A stretch of 55,549 nucleotides of DNA, from the NCBI GenBank assembly GCA_043754535.1, contig JAYUUN010000022.1:1-55549 (forward strand), in the 5' to 3' direction. Source of the DNA: Chloroflexota bacterium. GTDB lineage: Bacteria > Chloroflexota > Chloroflexia > QHBQ01. A program made the translations under genes and the position numbers. Below the pieces are notes generated by a model. The model did no database searches, was not told the origin of the DNA, and was given only the letters and a program-made list of their open reading frames with translations. Below are positions 1 through 9,300 of the stretch, one piece after another (within the stretch, counting starts at the first letter, position 1; every line of letters begins with the position of its first letter).

Positions 1-159
1 GACATTCAAGTACAAGAGATGGGCCAGTCTGGATCGCTGATTACCTTGACAAGAGAACGCTTTACTGTCAGCAATCCCACTCACCTTCAGCTAGCTGCCT
101 ATGCCTCATCTGTTCTCAGCGAAGCTAGGGTACTCGACCCTGTTACATATTCTACGTAG
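1..159 (+). CDS. C-terminal fragment of a probable Imm52-family immunity protein (5' end outside window)
   Basis: Frame 1 reads DIQVQEMGQSGSLITLTRERFTVSNPTHLQLAAYASSVLSEARVLDPVTYST* (TAG 157-159). It resembles the Imm52 C-terminal pattern G-x-LI-x-LT-x-ERF-x3-NP-x-H (recalled, not searched). AT-richer than neighbours. Confidence 0.55.
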   Translation, partial: DIQVQEMGQSGSLITLTRERFTVSNPTHLQLAAYASSVLSEARVLDPVTYST

Positions 160-334
160 GGATAGGTAAGGATGGCAGAACATGGCCACTAACACTCTGA
201 TATGCGCTGTCACTCAGCTTGGTAAGTGGCGACTTGCTCACAATGGTAAGCAGATCAGTAAGACCTGCCATGCAATCCATGAGCAGTTTGGCAGCTGGGC
301 TGAACTGATGGCGGTCCCTGGTGGGACTGGCTTA

Positions 335-343
335 TGCTATAAT
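335..343 (+). promoter_or_regulatory. Extended -10 promoter (TGcTATAAT) for ppk1
   Basis: TG-c-TATAAT about 45 nt upstream of ATG 388. Confidence 0.6.
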
Positions 344-387
344 GAAATAACGAGGCAGGCACAACCTACGGCAAGGAGCAGGGACTG

Positions 388-2643
388 ATGGTACGACAGC
401 GCACCAGTGCCACGAGCGAAGTGGAGCAGGCGGGGCAGGCAGAGCAGAAGGGGCAGGTAGCAGAAGCAACGCAGCCGCGCACCCAGACCGGCGCAGACGC
501 GCCCACCAACGACTCGATCTACTTCAACCGTGAACTTAGCTGGTTGGAGTTTAACAGCCGCGTGCTGGACGAGTCGCTCGGCGACCGCCACCCGTTGTTG
601 GAGCGGATCAAGTTCCTGGCGATCTTCCACTCCAACCTCGACGAGTTCTTCATGGTGCGGATCAGCGGCATCCTGCGCCAGTACCAAGCGGGGGTGGCTG
701 ACCGCAGCCCCGACGGGATGACCCCCGCCGACGAACTGCTCACCCTGCGCAGCCGCACCCTTGCCGCCCTTGAGCAGGCGACCACGCACTGGCAGCAGAC
801 GCTCTGCCCAGCCCTTGCCCAGCACGGCATCCAGGTGTTGGAGTACCGCGACCTCAACCGCGAACAACGCCGCTACTTGAAAGACTATTTTGACCGCGAA
901 ATCTTCCCGGTCTGCACCCCACTCGCGGTTGACCCCGGCCATCCCTTCCCCCATATCTCCAACCTCAGCCTCAACCTGGCGGTTAACCTGGAAGACCCGG
1001 ATGGTGGACAACACTTCGCCCGCGTCAAGGTGCCGCTAGGGGTGATCAGCCGCTTGCTGGTGCTGCCATCCGGACTCTCCGAGCCTACCAATGACGGGCA
1101 GACTGGCCCGATTCGGCTGATCTGGCTTGAGCAAGTGTTGGCCGCCCACCTGTCTTCCCTCTTTCCCAGCATGGAGATCGTCGAGGCCCATCCCTTCCGC
1201 GTCACCCGCGATGCCGACGTGACGATCCAGGAGCTTGAGGCCGATGACCTGTTGGAGACGATTGAGGAGAGTATCAACCGCCGTCGCTTCGGCTCAGTTG
1301 TCGCCCTGTTCGTCAACCCGACCATGCCTGCTAACATCCGCTCGCTGCTGATCGAGAACTTGGAAGTGACCGCCGCTGAGTTGTACGTGGTGGAGGGTGC
1401 GCTCGGCCTCAGTGACTTGATGGAGGTTTACAAGCAGGATCGCCCTGCCCTCAAAGACCCTAGCCTCAACCCGCTGACCCCGCCAGACTTGCGCGGCGGC
1501 AACATCTTTGATGCAATCAAGAGCAAAGACATCCTGCTCCACCATCCCTTCGACTCGTTCAACCCCGTGGTGGAGTTCATCCGCCAGGCGGCCACCGACC
1601 CACAGGTGTTGGCGATCAAGCAGACCCTCTACCGGGTGGGCAGCAACTCACCCATCGTCGGCGCGTTGTTGGAGGCGGCGGAGTACGGCAAGCAGGTAGC
1701 GGTGCTAGTTGAGTTGAAGGCCCGCTTTGACGAGGAGAACAACATTGAGTGGGCGCGGGCGTTGGAGCAGGCTGGTGTACACGTCACCTACGGCCTAATT
1801 GGGCTGAAGACGCACTGCAAGGTGGCCCTCGTCGTTCGCAAGGAGCGTGATGGCATCCACCGCTACCTGCACATAGGTAGTGGCAACTACAACCCCTCCA
1901 CTTCGCGCCTCTACACCGACCTCGGCCTCTTTACCTGCAACGAACATTTTGGGGCTGATGCGTCTGACCTCTTTAACTTCCTGACTGGCTACTCCAAGCA
2001 GACTTACTACCGCAAGTTCCTGGTCGCCCCAGTCAACCTGCGCCAGGGTATCCGCGAACGCATCCTGCGCGAGATCGCCAGCCACCGCCAGCAAGGGGGT
2101 GGGCGATTGATCTTCAAGATGAACGCCCTGGTTGACCCAGCCCTGATCGAGGATTTGTACGCCGCCAGTGCCGCTGGGGTGCAGGTTGACCTGATCATTC
2201 GCGGTATCTGCTGCCTGCGGCCAGGGGTGGCGGGCCTGAGCGAGAACATACGGGTGGTTAGCATCGTCGGTCGCTTCCTCGAACACTCGCGCATCTACTA
2301 CTTCGCCAACGGGGGGGACAGCGAAGTGTACTTCGGTTCGGCAGACCTGATGCCACGTAACCTCGACTACCGGGTGGAGGTGTTGGTGCCGGTAGAGAAC
2401 GCCGGGCTGAAGGGGCAAATCCTGCATGACTTCCTCGAACTTTACCTGCGCGACAATGTGAGTGCGCGGCTGCTGCAACCGGACGGCAGCTACCTGCGCC
2501 GCCAACCAGCAGTGGGGGAGCCAGTGGTAGACTCGCAGTACGAACTGATCCGCCACCCCAGCGAAGCCGAGCGGGTCGCCGTCGAACTGGCCCGCCCCAA
2601 GTCGCTGCAAGACCGCTATGGCCGGGTGGACACAACCAACTGA
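388..2643 (+). CDS. ppk1: Polyphosphate kinase 1
   Basis: Motifs YFNRELSWLEFN, NLDEFFMVR, HPFPHISN, DILLHHPFDSF, IKQTLYR, VELKARFDEENNI, KTHCK, GSGNYN, SIVGRFLEHSRI, GSADLMPRNL. Confidence 0.97.
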   Translation: MVRQRTSATSEVEQAGQAEQKGQVAEATQPRTQTGADAPTNDSIYFNRELSWLEFNSRVLDESLGDRHPLLERIKFLAIFHSNLDEFFMVRISGILRQYQAGVADRSPDGMTPADELLTLRSRTLAALEQATTHWQQTLCPALAQHGIQVLEYRDLNREQRRYLKDYFDREIFPVCTPLAVDPGHPFPHISNLSLNLAVNLEDPDGGQHFARVKVPLGVISRLLVLPSGLSEPTNDGQTGPIRLIWLEQVLAAHLSSLFPSMEIVEAHPFRVTRDADVTIQELEADDLLETIEESINRRRFGSVVALFVNPTMPANIRSLLIENLEVTAAELYVVEGALGLSDLMEVYKQDRPALKDPSLNPLTPPDLRGGNIFDAIKSKDILLHHPFDSFNPVVEFIRQAATDPQVLAIKQTLYRVGSNSPIVGALLEAAEYGKQVAVLVELKARFDEENNIEWARALEQAGVHVTYGLIGLKTHCKVALVVRKERDGIHRYLHIGSGNYNPSTSRLYTDLGLFTCNEHFGADASDLFNFLTGYSKQTYYRKFLVAPVNLRQGIRERILREIASHRQQGGGRLIFKMNALVDPALIEDLYAASAAGVQVDLIIRGICCLRPGVAGLSENIRVVSIVGRFLEHSRIYYFANGGDSEVYFGSADLMPRNLDYRVEVLVPVENAGLKGQILHDFLELYLRDNVSARLLQPDGSYLRRQPAVGEPVVDSQYELIRHPSEAERVAVELARPKSLQDRYGRVDTTN

Positions 2644-2669
2644 GCATATACCAGGGGAGTCTAGTCTAG

Positions 2670-4301
2670 ATGAGTGTTCTTGTTGCGGATCGCCTTGAGC
2701 GACCATCTTCTGCCTTGAGCCGGAGTGATTGGCGCAATCTCCTGCTGATCGGGGCGGGTTGGTTGCTGTGCGTGCTGCTGATGCCGCCCACCCGCAACTT
2801 CGCCTACGCAGACGACTGGGACTACGCCCGCTTTGTGCAAGGATTGCTTGATGGGCAACCCCCTGCTCTACCCGACTTTACACAGGCGACGTTGCTTTCA
2901 CACGCAGCCTGGGGCTTGTTGTTCAGCAAGCTGTTTGGGTACAGCTTTACTACCCTCACCTGGTCAGTACTTGTTCTTAGCTTGGTCGCGCTAATCGCCT
3001 TCTACCTGCTGCTGCGGCAACTTGGTTTTGCCTCTAATCTTAGTCTGCTGGGAGTGGCTGTCCTAGCTGTCAACCCGCTGTTCTTCAACTACAGCTACAG
3101 CTTCATGACTGACATCACCTTCCTCAGCCTCATGCTGCTTAGTAGCTTGTGCTACATCCGCGCTGTCACCAGCGACGCGCAACTGGCGAGCGGGGCCGAC
3201 CTGAAGCCTGTGGTGATAGGCAATGCGAGCTACAGCTGGCTAGTACTCGGCAGCCTGTTTGCCCGCCTCGCTTTCCTCGTGCGCCAGTTTGGGCTGGCTT
3301 TGCCAGTAGCGATGTTGTGGCTGCTCTGGAGCGGGCGTTTGCGCTGGCAACACCTGCTGGCCGTCGGCTTGCTACCAGCTGTCACTGCTGGTAGCTACCT
3401 GCTTTGGTCGCGTGGCTTTCCTCTCAACTCAGCAGGCGTACACCAGCAGGATATGCTAGGCGAGCTATTTAGCAACCCTGGCACTGCTTTGGGCTTCCGT
3501 ACTATAACCCTGCTCTACTTCCCCCCCATCATCGGTCTAACTATCTTTCTGTTTGGCAGGGTACGCCATTGGTGGCTGGTGCTTTGCTGGTTTGTTGTGC
3601 TGCTTCTGGCAACTTACACCGTGCAGCGGCTTCTACCCCGAGACACCGATGGTCCTCCCCTTGGCCTCGATAGCTATCAATGGTTTTGGTTGCTGGGCAT
3701 CGGACTGGCAGCCTGGTGGCTAGCTAATCTAAGTGAACTAGCTCACCTGATTTTGAGCAAACCCGCTTCAATAAAGCAGCCTCGTCCAGTCCACTTTATT
3801 TACTTGCTCACCTTGATTATGCTACTTGGTACCTTTGTGGTTAGTCGTTACCTTTACGAGCGATACTACCTGCCAATGCTACCGGGCGTGATCGTCGCTG
3901 GCTTGCTGTCCAGCCACTACCTGGTCGGTCGGCGGCTACTTGTTACCTGGCTGTTGGTCGCTCTGGTCGGTCTTTATAGCGTAATAGACCACCTTGATAT
4001 CTATGCGTACGAAGCTACACAGTGGGATGCTGGCCTCAACCTGGTACGCTCAGGAGTACCGATCAACCAAATCTACAGTGGCTTCGCCTGGAATGGCTAC
4101 TTCATGTATGACGAAGGGTTGCGCTCCAAAGCTGGTAAACCGCTATCTGCCTCTGATCCCTACCCGCCCCTCCTGGTAATCGACCGCAAGTACCTGGTTA
4201 CGGATGCTCTGAAGCGTGGCTATCGCCTCAAGCAGAGATATCCCTACCGCAGCCTTCTTAGTTTTGGCGAACGGTACGTTCTTGTCTTGGAGAGGGAGTA
4301 G
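2670..4301 (+). CDS. GT-C fold (ArnT/PMT-like, GT39-type) membrane glycosyltransferase, paralogue 1
   Basis: Polytopic membrane protein; acidic DDW motif in first external loop (NFAYADDWDY); NPLF..YSYSFMTD; RQ motif; YERYYLP. Confidence 0.8.
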   Translation: MSVLVADRLERPSSALSRSDWRNLLLIGAGWLLCVLLMPPTRNFAYADDWDYARFVQGLLDGQPPALPDFTQATLLSHAAWGLLFSKLFGYSFTTLTWSVLVLSLVALIAFYLLLRQLGFASNLSLLGVAVLAVNPLFFNYSYSFMTDITFLSLMLLSSLCYIRAVTSDAQLASGADLKPVVIGNASYSWLVLGSLFARLAFLVRQFGLALPVAMLWLLWSGRLRWQHLLAVGLLPAVTAGSYLLWSRGFPLNSAGVHQQDMLGELFSNPGTALGFRTITLLYFPPIIGLTIFLFGRVRHWWLVLCWFVVLLLATYTVQRLLPRDTDGPPLGLDSYQWFWLLGIGLAAWWLANLSELAHLILSKPASIKQPRPVHFIYLLTLIMLLGTFVVSRYLYERYYLPMLPGVIVAGLLSSHYLVGRRLLVTWLLVALVGLYSVIDHLDIYAYEATQWDAGLNLVRSGVPINQIYSGFAWNGYFMYDEGLRSKAGKPLSASDPYPPLLVIDRKYLVTDALKRGYRLKQRYPYRSLLSFGERYVLVLERE

Positions 4302-4352
4302 CCGCCAATGCCAACCGATAAACCAGTTGCCAGTACTGTTAAGGATAGATAA

Positions 4353-5990
4353 TTGTTCGAACCAGCAAGGCACTCCACACAAGCTACAATTCGCCAGTGG
4401 TTCACTATTGACCGCCGCAATCTCCTGCTGATCGTAGCGGGCTGGTTGCTGTGCGTGCTGCTGATGCCGCCTACGCGCAACTTCGCCTACGTGGACGACT
4501 GGGTTTACTCCCAGGCAGCAGAGCGGATCTGGAGTGGGCAAGGCTTTATTCCCCCAGACTATGTTAGCCCCACCCTGGTTGCTCATGCGTACTGGGGAGC
4601 AGCCTTCGCATGGCTGTTTGGCTTCAACTTCACCACTCTAACCTGGGCAACGCTGGTCTTGAGCTTGATCGCCCTGATCAGCTTCTACCTGTTGCTACGT
4701 TTGTTCGGCTTTAGTCCCTACCTCAGCTTGGTTGGCACGGCTGTGCTAGCAGTAAATCCCCTATTCATCACCTACAGTTATACCTATATGACCGATATCA
4801 CCTTCCTCAGCCTTATGCTGCTTAGTAGCTTGTGCTACACCCGTGCTGTCACTAGCAACGCGCAACTGGTGAGTGGGGACGACCTAAAGCCTGTGGCGAT
4901 AGGCAATGTGAGCTACAGCTGGCTAGTACTCGGCAGCCTGTTTGCCAGCCTGGCCTTCCTGGTACGCCAGTTCGGCTTGGCTTTGCCAGTGGCTATGTTG
5001 TTGTGGCTGCTGTGGAGCAGGCGTTTGCGCTGGCAACAGCTGCTAGCTGCCGGCTTGCTCCCAGCGGTGACAGCTGGTAGCTACCTACTCTGGTCGCGGG
5101 GCTTTCCTCTCAACTCAGCAGGCGTGTACCAGCAGACTGTGCAAGGCGAGTGGCTGAATAACCCCTTGGTAGCCTTGCAGTTCCGCCTTAACACTGTGCT
5201 TTACGGCTTGCCCTTGCTTGGTTTGACCATCCCCCTGTTCGTTAGGGTGCGGCACTGGTGGCTGGCACTACCATGGTTCACCATGATCGCTCTGGCTATC
5301 TATGCGCTGCCCCTGATTATCTCCCAGGAAGGATCGGTGCCAAACACGTTGTCAAGCTACAAGCCACTTTGGTTGCTCGGTGCTGCCCTAGCTGCCTGGC
5401 TGCTGGCAAGTTTGAGCGAACGTACCTACTCCATGCTCGCCCGCCTGCAAACAGATTGGCGGCCACCACCTGTTTACTTCCTCTACATTCTCACCTTGCT
5501 GCTGCTGGTTGGTACCTTCTTCGTCAGTCGCTACTGGTACCCTCGTTACTCCCTCCCTCTGCTACCCGCCTTGATTGTGCTGGCTCTGCTGTTCTGCCGC
5601 TCATACGCAGCCCGTCTGCAAGGCTTGAGCTGGGCGATAATTGTTCTGGTCGCTCTCTATAGCAGTGTCAACCACCTCGAAAGTTACGCTTTCACCCGCC
5701 TTAGCTGGCAGGCTGCTAGCAACCTGGTGAACGAAGGAGTGTCGCTCGACCACCTGGATGGTGGCTATGCGTGGAACGGGTACTATATGTACGACGAGTC
5801 CATGCGCCGTTTGCGCGGTCAACCACTGCACGCACCAGACGCTTATCCCCCCGACCTGGTAATCGATCCACAGTACCGGCTGGCTATCGCTATCCAACCA
5901 GGCTACCGCGTTGTGCAGAGCTACTCTTATTTCAGCCCACTCTCTGGCTTCCGCGACAACACGCTGCTGGTGCTGAGGCGGCAAGAGTAA
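4353..5990 (+). CDS. GT-C fold membrane glycosyltransferase, paralogue 2
   Basis: Tandem paralogue of 2670..4301 (NFAYVDDWVY, YTYMTD, RQFG, YPRYSLP); TTG start with AAGGA upstream. Confidence 0.8.
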   Translation: MFEPARHSTQATIRQWFTIDRRNLLLIVAGWLLCVLLMPPTRNFAYVDDWVYSQAAERIWSGQGFIPPDYVSPTLVAHAYWGAAFAWLFGFNFTTLTWATLVLSLIALISFYLLLRLFGFSPYLSLVGTAVLAVNPLFITYSYTYMTDITFLSLMLLSSLCYTRAVTSNAQLVSGDDLKPVAIGNVSYSWLVLGSLFASLAFLVRQFGLALPVAMLLWLLWSRRLRWQQLLAAGLLPAVTAGSYLLWSRGFPLNSAGVYQQTVQGEWLNNPLVALQFRLNTVLYGLPLLGLTIPLFVRVRHWWLALPWFTMIALAIYALPLIISQEGSVPNTLSSYKPLWLLGAALAAWLLASLSERTYSMLARLQTDWRPPPVYFLYILTLLLLVGTFFVSRYWYPRYSLPLLPALIVLALLFCRSYAARLQGLSWAIIVLVALYSSVNHLESYAFTRLSWQAASNLVNEGVSLDHLDGGYAWNGYYMYDESMRRLRGQPLHAPDAYPPDLVIDPQYRLAIAIQPGYRVVQSYSYFSPLSGFRDNTLLVLRRQE

Positions 5991-6356
5991 GCAGCAACCT
6001 AGCCTCATCTCTCTACTACGCAGATCAGCATCGCACCAAGCAGCAGCCACCCTCACCACTTGTGCAACTCATCAGGTTGGGGTTGCTCTACTGTCCATCA
6101 GCTAAACTCTTGCAGGGTGGTATGACCAGCAGCTACAACCTTGTTGTAGTGCAAGGGCGGCACGAGTCTGCAAATCGATGGTGTTGGCTACTAGCGCGCC
6201 GCGCAAACTTGTTGTATAATACATACGCCCTCAAAGGATTCGGCTGTGGCAGCCTGATACAGAAGATAGAGATGAAAGATTTGTTGGACTTGTGCCAGTC
6301 GGTGTGGAAGTGGTGGGCGGCCTGAACCAACTGGCCTCTAGCGAGAGGATATAGCG

Positions 6357-9300
6357 ATGAAGCAGCGACGGATCTATAGTCTGGGCAGCACTGTGCTGTT
6401 GCTCACCATGCTCAGTGGTATCATATTTAACTTCAGTCCAGTAGCGGCTAGCCCTACTGTTGGCAATAGTGTTGCTGGCAAGCAGGCCGCCCCCTGGCAG
6501 CCTTCGGTACGAGCCGCCAACCGCATCGTTGGCAGTGGTGTTGGTTTTGCGCCGAACGCCAGCAGCGGCAATATCCTGGCCGACAACAACTGGTGGGGCT
6601 GCAATGCTGGCCCGAACGCGCCCGGCTGCGACACCGCTACCGCCGTCGCGCCTTCGGTGCTGACCGCTACCCGTTGGCTGACCCTCAGCCTCAATCTGCC
6701 CTCCTACCTGCCAGTCGGCAGCAACACGGTCGTCGCTGGCAACCTGACAGTCAACAACCTGGGCCAGAACACCACTAGTGCTGGCAACGTGCCGAACGGT
6801 ACCCCCATGCTGTTCACCACCACTGTTGGCAGCATCTTGCCCGCCAATACCACCACCAGCGGTGGCAAGGGCTATAGCACCTACAACCCCGGTGCTGCCC
6901 CAATCGGTACGGTAGTGACGATCTGCGCCAAGGTGGACAACCAGACTACCTGCAACAATGCAGTGGTGGGCGGCCCCCCTGCGACTACTTATGCTGACGA
7001 TGACTGGGCAGGCCTTGCAGCAGGGGTTGACCCCGACGGGGCGGGGCCAGCGATAGCCATTGGCTACGACGCTTTCATCAGCCCGCAAATTGCCGTTAAC
7101 GTCGTGACTAGCAGCGGTCGCACCATCATCTACAGTGGCGTTTACAACGAGCAGGTGTTGATCTCCAAGCCACTGACCTTTAGTGGCGTGATCAGCGCAA
7201 CCGGGGCAACCAGCGGTAGCGCACCCAACCTGCGCCTGCCCAGCCCTGGCATCCCCTACAATGTCAACGGCACCGACTTGTACAGCACAGTGACAGTCAC
7301 TGGCACTGGCACCACGGTGACGATCACCGGCTTCCTGATCAACGCCATCTCCACTTGTGGCAACCTCAACCAGGGTGTCGCTTTGTTCGGCAACGCCCAG
7401 GCCACGATCAGCGGCAACCAGATCGCTAGCGTGCGCAACAACCCCCTGGATGGCTGCCAGCAGGGGGTTGGCATCCGTGTTGGTTCGGCAGCCCTAAGCC
7501 AAGCCGCCAACGCTACTATCAGTGGCAACACCTTCAGCGACATCCAGAAGAACGCCTTTGCGATTGACGGCCCTGGCAGCAGTGCCGATATCATTGGCAA
7601 CGTGCTGACTGGAACCGGTACCACCCCGCTGATCGCGCAGAATGGGGTGCAGATTTCGCGGGGCGCAACAGGTCGCGTCCTCAGCAATACGATCAGCGGC
7701 TATGCCTACAACGGCCCCAGCTTCCCGGCGGTGGGTGCTACCTCAATCATCATCTACAATGCCGACCAGAACACCCCTGTGGTGGTCAATGGCAACACGG
7801 TCACTGGCGCGCAGCTAGGCATCTTTGGTACCCGCGACGACGGTCTGTTCTCTAGCGTTTTCACTCGCCGCAACATCCTCTATGGTCGGCAGCAGAGCCA
7901 AGACACCGGTGTGTACTTCGACTCGACCCAGATCGGCTCTAGCGTCTATGACAGCGACATCTACCACATGGACGACGGTATCCACCTGGAACCACAGGTG
8001 GTAGCGATCACTGGTACGCTGATCCACCAGAACAACCGCGGTATCTTCCTCTACGAAGGCAGTTCGAGCGGCAACACTATCATCTTCAACCGCATCGTCA
8101 GCAATACCAATCGTGGCATCGAGTTTGGCCCGCTTACGTTGCCCCAGGCCAAGCAGAGTCGCCAACTTCGCCCGCAGCCTTTGTTCGACGACGGCAAGGC
8201 TGCCCGCCACCCAGCTACGATCAGGCGCGCCCCACTACCCAACGGTGGCCCTGGCGGTGGCGAAGATTACCCCAACAACTGGTGGGGCTGCAACGCTGGC
8301 CCGAACCAGCCCGGCTGCGACAGCTTCGTTACCAGCGATAGCACCTTCACTGTCACGAACTGGCTGACTCTCGGCCTTGCTACTACGCCGCTCATCTTGC
8401 CAGTAAACAGCACTGCTAATCTGACAGGCACCTTGCGCTTCAACTCAACCGGGGCGAACACCTTCCCGCTGGGCTACCTGCGCAACAATACCCCAATGCT
8501 CTTTACCGCCACTGTCGGTAGCCTCAATCCTGTCAATACTGGCACCAACCAGGCTCAGGGCTACAGCCTCTACACGGCTCCTGCCGCCCCCGGCCCAGCC
8601 CAGGTCTGCGTGCGGGTAGATAACCAAAGCGTCTGCAACAACCTGACGATCCAGGGCTTGCCCACCAGCACTGCGACTAGCACTGCCAGCCCCACTCCAA
8701 CCGCCAGCCCGACGGCAACCGCCAGCCCGACCGCTAGCAGCACGCCGACTGGCACGATCAGCACGGTTGTGATCCGCCCCTCCACCGAAGCAAGCCTCGG
8801 CTGGGCTACCTTCGACCAGAACACCGCCACCCACGCTTACGTCAACGGCCCTGCTCCCGCGCCATTTGGGGTCGGCAGCTTCCAGATGCAGACGGGTGGT
8901 GGCACTGGCGGCACGAATGGTGGCAAGAACTGGGTTGGTACCAACAACTTCACTGGTACCCTGCTCAGCAACATCACCACGATGAGCTATCGCACCTATG
9001 TGCAGCAGACTAGCAGTCCTAATATCGCCCCGGTGATTGAGATGAAGGTTGACACCGACACTAACGGCACGCGGGATGCTACCCTGGTCTTTGAGCCAGT
9101 CTACTCGGCTGGGTCGCAGGGGCCAATCGTGCCAGGGGTTTGGCAGACCTGGAACGCCCGTGCCGGTCTGTGGCGGGTGGTAGTCAGCAGCCCGAACACC
9201 CAGGTTACCTGCCCTGGTGGCAACTTCCTGCCCAACACCTACTTCACCTACAGTAGCTTCACTACTGCCTGCCCGGCGGCAACCATGGTGCAGTGGTTCC

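Noticed and set aside
337..1014. Long antisense ORFs (also 1795..2706, 8445..9422, 14260..15057, 30211..31332, 32407..33252, 49036..49689)
   Set aside because: Shadow frames of well-supported genes in high-GC DNA; no motifs or RBS
1648..1650. TCA as a reassigned codon
   Set aside because: Used as Ser inside conserved ppk1 (GSNSPI) and elsewhere
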